DNA from: Eledone cirrhosa | Lineage: Eukaryota | Direction: 5' to 3' | Length of the DNA: 64,000 nucleotides | Assembly: GCA_964016885.1 (NCBI GenBank) | Contig: OZ024743.1 | Span: 17,050,001-17,114,000, forward strand | Part shown: positions 55,480 through 64,000 of the stretch, piece by piece | How the letters are laid out: each line of letters opens with the position of its first letter | Position numbering within the stretch: position 1 is the first letter of the stretch | The notes under the pieces: model-generated | What the model was told of the DNA's origin: nothing | The model's input: only the letters and a program-made list of their open reading frames with translations | The model's database searches: none | Made by a program: the position numbers and the translations under genes

Positions 55480-56100
55480 TTGTCCAAGGGCCTTATTATA
55501 ATAAGTGGCTGCTTTATTGAAAATATCTATAGAAGAAGATGAGGTAGAGATCCTACGACTATTATTCGGAATAACGTTTTGAAATACTATAGGAGGATGG
55601 CAAGGCTCTTTGTGTATATATTTTTAATTTTCGTTAGGTTTGTCATAGGGTTTGAAAGAAGCAGTAAGTAAGTCAAGATTGAAGTGGAGGAAGTTGGTAT
55701 TAATTAGGTTAGTATCTATAGTAATTTTGAGGTTTAGTTTAGAGAATGTATTAATTAAAACTTTTCAGAATTTATCAAGGTTATGGCCGTTGGTAGCATG
55801 AGAAACAGCCAATCCATCGTCATGGCATAGGACGATAGTATGGTTGGAAAATTTCTCTTTAAGAGCGTGGAGGAGGAATAATCCAACTAAATCGCTCACG
55901 TCGGCGCTGTGGAACGAACACATCGACACACCAAAAGGGGTTTCTGGTCTTGACCGTTTAAACCAAGTTTCTTCTTTAGCTAAAAGTAGTGTTTTCCTAG
56001 CCTGTAAGATAACACCTTCCTCTAAATTAGATATATTAATAAAATTTCTAGCGGAATCTAAGGCTTTAATTAATAAGGATTCAGTAATAAAGGGGTAGAA
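55480..56100 (-). mobile_element. Penelope-like reverse transcriptase remnant
   Basis: FYPFIT…FGVSMCSFHSADVSDLVG…LCHDDGL (decayed MGS.DGAE / YRDD motifs), followed by LNLKIT, NFL..LDL and KP thumb motifs. Confidence 0.8.
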
Positions 56101-56140
56101 ATGTACGTGTGAATGTGTATTCATATACATGTATGTGTGC

Positions 56141-56232
<92 letters not shown>

Positions 56233-57312
56233 CTGTGTGTCTCTGTGTGTGTGCGTGTATGTATGCATATATATATATATACATAAATGTGTGTATATGT
56301 GTGTATGTGTACGTGTACAGGTACGTATGTTTATGTGTATGTGTGTGAGTATAAATATATGCGTGGGTAGATGGTTATATATGTATGTGTATAATTATAT
56401 ATATACATATATATTATTATTTTCCCCATTACATCACGTCCGTTATTTTATTTTATATCAGCTTTGCTTTCAATTGTTTTAGGTTTGTTTTGAAATCCAT
56501 ATCTCACACCTACTTCAAATAAAAATGTTATTCTGATGATGGAATTCAAACGTCTGTGTCGAGCTCGTCTATCATCGAGAGACCTTTGGTAAATGGAATA
56601 ATTGTGTTATATTATTTAATACATAACTAAATAGCTTTGTAGCCTACATAGATCGCTCTCCTTTCCTTTACCCTTCCTCCGGAAACACTTTATATATATA
56701 TATATATATATAAGTGGCGGAGTATTGACTGCCATATTTGAGCAATTTCTTTCTGTAGGACGTGTTGATATATGCGATTTTATGAACATATTTTGGAAGG
56801 TCATTTATTCATGTTCTTTCATGTGGATGGAGCATCCATGAATATAGAAACTGTACTGATGGCTTACATATTTCTAATGTTCTTGCTATCTGTCCTGTAT
56901 CTCCATGTTTGTATTAGAAAGACATTTTGACTTGTACAGTATTACTTAGAGAAGTGTGGACAAGGGTATATCAATTCATCATTTCTTCTGCACATTTTCT
57001 GAATTCATATTTCTATGAAATGTCGAACTTCTATTAGATATATGCAATATTTAGTAATTTCAGCAAAAGCATGTTCCTCGTGTTTATAAACTGCATGAAA
57101 CAATTTCCATACATCATCAATTAATTCTCCAACTTTCTTCAGTTCATGCTCTTCAATATACAAGAGTACCGAGAACGTTCTTTCCGAATTTGTGTGAAAA
57201 ATGTGGCTAAAATTCGAATTTGGAAAATATTTAACGTTTATCGTTTTCCTCCCAAAGATAGATTGTTATTTGAGGGACTGATTTAAGATGATATATATAT
57301 TTGGTTAATGAT

Positions 57313-57470
57313 TGTTTCTACTTTCGGCACACTTTAATGCAACTTTATTTCATCGACCGCGTAATGATGGAAGGCAAAGTTAACCTCGGTGGGATTTGAA
57401 TTCGGTATGTAAAGGGACGTAACTGCGCTGAAAACATGGCATCCGACCCTCTACCGATACTGCCAATCGA
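57313..57470 (-). mobile_element. tRNA-derived SINE, degraded
   Basis: aaggcaaagttaacctcggtgggatttgaa and head ctaccgatactgccaatc. Confidence 0.8.
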
Positions 57471-57830
57471 CTGATATGCACTGATCAGGTGATTATATTC
57501 GTGTAATAAGCTACATATTAAATGCTTCTTGTTTTTTTGGTATTTTACCATCTGCTCGACGTCAATGTATTAAACGATGTAATCCTAAATGGACGGTAGT
57601 CCGTTTAGTAATATTGTTGTGGTCGTGTTTTCGTTGACAATCGTCTGTTTACGACAGTACAGCGCGACTCTACTTTATTTAACTGAGATAAAACTTATAT
57701 GAGCATGAACAGTAGATCATTACGAATCTTTTGGCTTAAAAATCTAGAAATTTGGTCCAGCGGGAAAAAGTTTATAATCAAAGTTTGCTGATAAATCTTG
57801 TGTTCAAGTGAGTGAGAAGTAAGCGTGACC

Positions 57831-57962
57831 CTAGGGGAGGTAATCCAGAAATGACTAATTTTTTTCGGCGGAACTCTTGTGATTGTGATTACGTTAGTCA
57901 AATGTAGTCAAATTGCCGAATCCCCTCCTCCCAATTGACTACGTCATTTCTGAACGGCCCTA
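57831..57962. mobile_element. Possible small MITE
   Basis: Imperfect terminal inverted repeats taggg…cagaaatgac / gtcatttctg…cccta. Confidence 0.4.
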
Positions 57963-58533
57963 CTTGCGTCAGTGTGAAACATTAATTCACTTTTCACTGC
58001 TAAAATGCTTTTTAAATAATTCGTTAAAAATTTATGTTTATTATCAAAGCTATTTTTTGTACCAATCTATCAATAGTTTGCGAAAATATAGTTAAACATT
58101 TGAGTTACATTTTTTTTAATCGCATCGATCGCTTTGTCGCACCGACTGTGACACTGTCTGACTGTCTGTCTGACTGACACCTTTGTCGGACCGACACCTT
58201 TGTTCAAGCGAACAACTTTGTGTCACTGACACCTTTGTTCGTGCCGGCATCTCTGCGAAACACCGATGACAACAACCAGACCAAAATTTCACTTCATTCT
58301 TCATTCTTCTTCAAGACCGATCGCCGACCGATCGTATCGGTTGCTCTTCATATACCAGGTATTCAACAGATAGTTTGCACTTCTAGTATTATTAACAGTC
58401 GTGAGATTTTTAGTACCGATAGGTGCGAATAGTTCGCTATATTTTTGTACCGATAGGTGCGAATAGTGCGATACGTGCGAATAGTGTACACTATTTTCTG
58501 AGATTTGCATCCACTAATTTCGCTTAATTAAAA

Positions 58534-59358
58534 ATGATGTTTCGCGGCTTTTTGATCGGCTTATTCATTTTTTCCATGGCACGGAAATGGAGTATTTCCT
58601 ATTTCGAATCAAAACTTTTCACTAAAATCGGGCAATTGGACTGATCAAGTTCACATTCATGCCAGTTTTTACAAATCCATAATTAGAAATGTGGCGAAAT
58701 CGAATGACCAGAAGGTATAAACATATTAATTCAAATGTATTTACTTATCATACCAACAAAAAATACTTAGATATTTTGTATACCTGGGGCCCGTCAGGGC
58801 AGGGTAATGTTAATCGCCAACGTTGTTATCTGTTGTCCTTTTGTGAAAGTATTGGTGGTTTATGTCGGCTCTAATGATCTGAATCCTCGTCGCACCGTTG
58901 GCACTACAAAGCTGTGCAAAGTAATACAATCATTTTTGCCCAAGTATTTTTTATTAATCATTTATTTGTAAATTAAGGAGAAAGTGCCCATTCGAGGCAC
59001 AAAACCGGAAAAACAGGGGAAGAGTCTCTTTGCAAGGCTACAGAAAATAGCGGAAAAGCACCACTGTACACCCATCTTCTACAGTGGTGTCATTCCACGT
59101 CCACAAAGTGTAATTGAAAATAAAAATGACTTGGGCAAGAGAAATTCTCGTTTGGAAAAGTTTAATTACTGCATGAATGAAATGATTCAAAAATTGAACT
59201 TGTCCAATCTTCACAACATTGAAAATTGGTCAAAATTTGACAAATCTGACTTCAAACCAGATATGATTCATTTGAATAATGTTGGAAATCTTAAATTGAC
59301 ACAAATTTTTTGCCAATGTTTTTGCCACATGATCCTTGTTCTATGGCTGACTGACTAA
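58534..59358 (+). pseudogene. Three-exon SGNH/GDSL hydrolase gene with one frameshift in block I
   Basis: Exons 58534-58714, 58771-58920 and 58978-59358 joined by phase-0 GT-AG introns of 56 and 57 nt. Motifs FLIG/(+1)YSFF, CIPGAR, VYVGSND, SGVIPR, DMIHLN..G. AATAAA at 59370. Confidence 0.78.
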
Positions 59359-59512
59359 TGTTGTGACTTAATAAAATGTCATCATACTAGTAATGCACAA
59401 TGGTCATTTTTAAATTTAAATTTTATTAAATAGTTGTTGCTTGCATTGCCTTAAAATAGTAACAAGAATGTACACATACTTTTTTTAAATACATCATTAT
59501 CAGTCAAATCAG

Positions 59513-60025
59513 TCAAATGTCACTAAAAGCCAGGTGGTCGATAACAACTTCTATAAGATTAGTTACATGCTCACACATTGGATCACCTCTGATCAATGGC
59601 ATTGGGTGTCTGAGATAATCGTGGAGATAACTGATGATGTCACAAATGAAGTGATGGTCTTCCAGTGTGAACAACTCCCTATATCCATTGATATATGTGA
59701 TGGCTTCCGATTCATAGGTGCATTTTATGAGGAATTCCATGCATCCGATTTTCAGTGATTCAATGGGCATTTTATCAGAGATGATAAGGTATTTGACCAC
59801 GTTTTGCTTTGTAAGCAAATTGAAGAGAATCACTGCAGTCAAAGTCATTTCTTTGCATGGGTTTTTGTCCATTCTAAAAAGTTAAAATGATAAAGTATTA
59901 CTACTATATAACTTACATCTATTGTTGTAACACCATTGAAATGCACAAGTTTCACCAATTAACTATTATGCACTAATCATCTCAAGTGCATTCATGATTT
60001 ACTATCTTTGTCATTAAGCCAGTTG
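59513..60025 (-). pseudogene. Possible Ulp1/SENP-like (C48) protease remnant
   Basis: WLND at ~60012-60023; 43-nt GTAAGT…TTTTAG intron 59874-59916; then PMQRNDFDCS (cf. QxNxxDCG) and, after a frameshift, DKMP…I. Spacing is too short and no His motif was found. Confidence 0.4.
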
Positions 60026-60145
60026 CCTCAACTAGATTGCAATTATACTCAAAAGAACTTTAAAATGTCAATCACTTGTCAGTAATTCACTATGTTCATT
60101 TAATTATTGGATAGTTGTTGCTTGCATTGCCTTAACAAATAGTAG

Positions 60146-61241
60146 ACCAGATAAAAAAATGCGTACAGCAAAAAAAAGTAATATTGTTGGAATATAAACC
60201 TTTAAAAATACAGGACAAGAAACTAAAATAAAACTTTAAAAGAATAGGACAAGAAACTAATATAAAACTTTAAAAGAATAGGACAAGAAACTAAGATAAA
60301 ACTTTAAAGAATTGGACAAGAAATAAAAAGTTTTACAATACTATTAGTGGCAACATTTTTTTATTCGTTTCCTGTGCTATGCCCCAGTATCTCCTTGATT
60401 AGTGCATAATAATTGTCATGCTCTCATTGTGCGTTGCCCCTGAGCGGTTGGTTCTGGTTGGGGTTGGTTGGCTGAGCAGTTCTGCTCCGTCTGAATGACC
60501 ATTGCAAGAAGAATTGGCCGATGCAGCTGCAGGTCTCCTCCAAGAATCCACTTCTGGTCCCGCAACACCAGACGAAGATGGAGAAGACGACCGGGACAAG
60601 ATGTCGACTCTGACCACCGACTACGGCACCTCCCTCAATCACCGGTCCTCCCTCCCTCTGTCCCGTCATCCCTCCAGTCCTCCTGCTCCCCCTTCCTGTA
60701 CCAGAAAGCTGTGGCACGCATTCATCCGGACTGCCGGACTTGAACTCAAGGACAAGATGCAAGGAGAAGATGGACGGGTTGATCAAGATCAGGGATGAGC
60801 GGGACGACAAGACCGACCGCTGCTGCTCAAGATCTGTGTTCATGGGCCCATGGGTCCATTCACATTATGCATGACACATGAGGCGTGTCGCCGAATGATG
60901 AAATAGGGGTATGGTTATGGCCCAATTGGTGTTCAAACCAAGATCAAATGATCCCTCCGGTCTGACGACGACCTCTGAATGTGGAACCCAAAGCCTATGA
61001 ATGTGGAACCCGATTTTTTACCAATAAAAATGTTGCCACTAATATTATTGTAAATTTGTTTATTTCTTGTCCAATTCTTTCAAGTTTTATCTTAGTTTCT
61101 TGTCCTATTCTTTTAAAGTTTTATCTTAGTTTCTTGTCCTATTCTTTTAAAGTTTTATTTTAGTTTCTTGTCCTGTATTTTTAAAGGTTTATATTCCAAC
61201 AATATATACTTTTTTTTTCTGTACGTATTTTTTTATCTGGT
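60146..61241. repeat. ~215-bp inverted repeats (60146-60363 / 61023-61241), each with ~31-bp tandem units, around a GC-rich spacer
   Basis: accagataaaaaaat…(ggacaagaaactaa.ataaaacttt)x3-4…tagtggcaacattttt is mirrored on the right. Confidence 0.92.
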
Positions 61242-62929
61242 TCATTTATATATGATTGATATTTTAGTGTTATATAATGTTAGTCGTTATATATGCATAC
61301 CTCTTCAACATTTCTCCATATAAAAGCTTCTTTAACGAGTACAATAGGTGATATATTAACTATATATAGAGGTATATGCAGAGATTCATAGAAAATATCT
61401 ATTATAAATCCACCTCAGATATGCCAGTATATCTGATTCATGATTTTAATGCATGCTAACTCAAGTTGTGCATCACATCATATTTGGATATCATGCAATT
61501 GTGAAATCCGTTGTGTAAACTAATCTTGTTAATGAATTTCTTATCTGCTACATTTATGAAAAAGAAACTTACACTGATAACTTTACTCAACAACTAAATA
61601 TACAATATGCACAAACTAAAAAGAGAATTAATTATATATTTCTTGCTCTTCAAAATATAATTATAAACGGTTTTGATACAGGCAATGCATTAGTTAAATA
61701 CAGATAATATTTTCGAAATAATGAAAAAAAGAAGTCTATGATATTATTATATTTAATCAAGATAATTTTATCAGCGTTAATCTACAATTACTATCAACCA
61801 ATTATTCGTTAAATTCGTATGTATAGTGTGATTGTTATATATATAATGTCGTCACATTAATTCTGGAATGAATTAAATTATATCACATTTCGTTTTCCAC
61901 ATTTCAAAATAAGATATGCGTTTTATAAGTCCATTGATGTTCCTCTAAACTCTCTTCAGTTAAGCTTAATCTTATTAGAGGTATATGCTATTAATCATCA
62001 AAACCTAATTATTCATTCATATCTTTTATTTCAGATGAATCTCTAGGTGTGTATTTCAATTAAAGCTACTGGTGAAATGTTCGACACATGTAGTAGCTAA
62101 AGAATTTGTGATTAAGATATAAAAAATTCTCATATAATAAAATAGTGTTATTGATTTGTATCAATATTTAGATGTTTCAATGTACAAACGTTTGAGATAC
62201 CTTTTTTAATCGGTCGCAATAACTTATGCAGAGCCTTTTAAATTAACCCCGGATCAAAATTAGCTTGGTGAGTAAGCTTATTAAACAATCCGACTTTATT
62301 CCCGTCCGATGCAGTACACGTACTCTTGAAACGATTTCTCGTATATTGTGACACAAATTTGGACTGATAATTCATTTAGTGTTTCACATTCCTGCGTAAT
62401 AATTAAACGGAAGCAGTTCAGTTGATAGAACAATTGAACACTCATAAGCAACAACGCTGGAAGAGCAATCATCATTTTGGTATACTTGCTGTATTCAGGC
62501 CTCTTTATGTCAATATATTTTTAATGTGTCCAGTAAAGAAAGAGAGAGAAAGAGGGAAGGAAAATAATATTTGGGAACGACAGAGAACGACCGGCATATA
62601 CATGTGAGTTGCTGTGGTTCTACCTTATTTCATTGATGAACGAGCAATCATAAAAGTAAATTCGCTCCAGACATTAAAACTGCATTTTGCTTTTCACCAT
62701 GGTCTATGTTTTGCTATTTGCCATTCCCTTTTTTAATTTCATGAAAGTAGTGTATAATTTGTGTAGCGTTTCTGTGCGCAACGGAATTCGTAATAAGGAG
62801 TGCTCCTCTACAGCTGCTATCAGGAATGTGTCTGTGGTTCTCTTTGTTTCAGAAAGATGCATTCTCACGAGCTCGATAGAATACTTTGCATATCACTTAA
62901 ACCCGAACACAATCGCATCTGATACACTC

Positions 62930-63960
62930 GAGGTGCATCCGGGAGCGGTGAAAATGCTCGCAGAGGCTGAAGTCAGTTAAAGAGCTCAAATGTGGCAAGG
63001 CCGCAGGGGAAGATGAAATCCGTACCGAGATGTGAAACGCCCTAAATAGAGAAGGTATTCTCTTGCTGCGTCGGATGTGTCCGGGGGCCTGGATATATCA
63101 AGGGCACCCAAGAAATGCATTCGGGAGTGACAATCCTAATTTTCAAAAAGGGAGTCAAGAGAGATTGTTCAAATGACAGAGGGATCTCCTTCTTAAGCAT
63201 TCTCGGTAATGCCTATGCTAAGTATCTTGATAAGAGATATTGTCGAGTCCGAGCGATTTGATGAACAGTGCGATGTTGATCGCGCTTGCAACACCGCCGA
63301 CCAGATAATCACAGATACTCGAGAAATCGTGGGAATCTTTTCAAGCGGTATATTCTTATTTTGAATACCTTGGTAAGACTGCTGTGGAACGTTGAGCAGG
63401 AGTATGAGACCGATAAACAGTATCTTATTGCCCTGATGTCTTCATACGACTTCTCGAGTATTTGTGTACGGATGAACGCTATTAACTTGAAACCATTCAA
63501 TGTGTTTGTTGGACTCCACAAATATGCGTACTGTCACCTTTCATGTTCTTTAATTTCAGGAACATGGGCAGCCGGTTGGAAGTGCAGGGGTAAAATTATT
63601 CGGCCAGAGTTTGCAGAGTTGTTGTTATTGAACTCGACAGAAGATGAGCTCCGGCTTGCACTGAATAGGTTTGATGCCGAGTACTCCAATCTGGAAATAA
63701 AATAGGTGGGACGAAATCTGAGACACTCGTCTTCTCGGTGAAGTCTGCACAGCGCAATCTTCATAAGAATGGAGTTTCACTGAATCAGTTGGAAGATTTC
63801 AAGGGATGTGTACACGAGTGAAGGAAGTAGGGAGCCTGGCGCAATAGTACGCTAGTTACACCATTCTAAAAAGGGGAGATACGTCTAAAAGCCCAACTCG
63901 CAATCTTCGATTCGGCTTTTGTACGAACCCTTACTTGTTGTCATGAATCTTGTGTAACAA
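62930..63960 (+). mobile_element. RTE-clade LINE RT remnant
   Basis: LKCGKAAGEDEI..EM, IFKKG.KRDCSN.RGISFLSI.G.AYAK.L, and a decayed FADD region (FAELLLL…ELRLALNRF). Confidence 0.78.
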
Positions 63961-64000
63961 GAAGGGTGTTTGGAGTAATATTACTTGATAAAGTGTACAA

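Noticed and set aside
56800-57230. Minus-strand protein-like stretch (EHELKKVGELIDDVWKLF…)
   Set aside because: Short, interrupted by stops, family not recognised.
60205-60325. ~31-bp repeated units superficially like a CRISPR array
   Set aside because: Contiguous tandem units with no unique spacers, eukaryotic context, no cas genes.

Overview
AT-rich, microsatellite-laden animal genomic DNA made almost entirely of transposable elements. It is probably a coleoid cephalopod such as octopus, inferred from the SINE family and repeat landscape and not verified. No prokaryotic features, rRNA, tRNA or CRISPR were seen, and no intact multi-exon host gene. 1-20.3 kb: a packed stack of non-LTR retrotransposons separated by (TTA)n, namely two R4/Dong-like RT-RLE elements on minus, four Tx1/L1-like elements on plus and a SINE tandem. 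23.9-46.2 kb: several Penelope-like (PLE) families inserted in (TA)n. These include a ~2.9 kb fold-back GIY-YIG copy, several hammerhead ribozyme (HHR) motifs, a 536-nt-period HHR-bearing retrozyme-like unit, and short palindromes whose apex lies in HHR stem II. RTE, CR1/L2, Tc1/mariner, Helitron and SINE remnants are scattered through the window. 57.5-61.3 kb: an unexplained CpG-rich cassette with a three-exon SGNH hydrolase gene (tiny introns), a convergent Ulp1/C48-protease-like remnant and long inverted repeats, possibly cargo of an undescribed large mobile element. All calls were made by eye, and boundaries are approximate unless stated.
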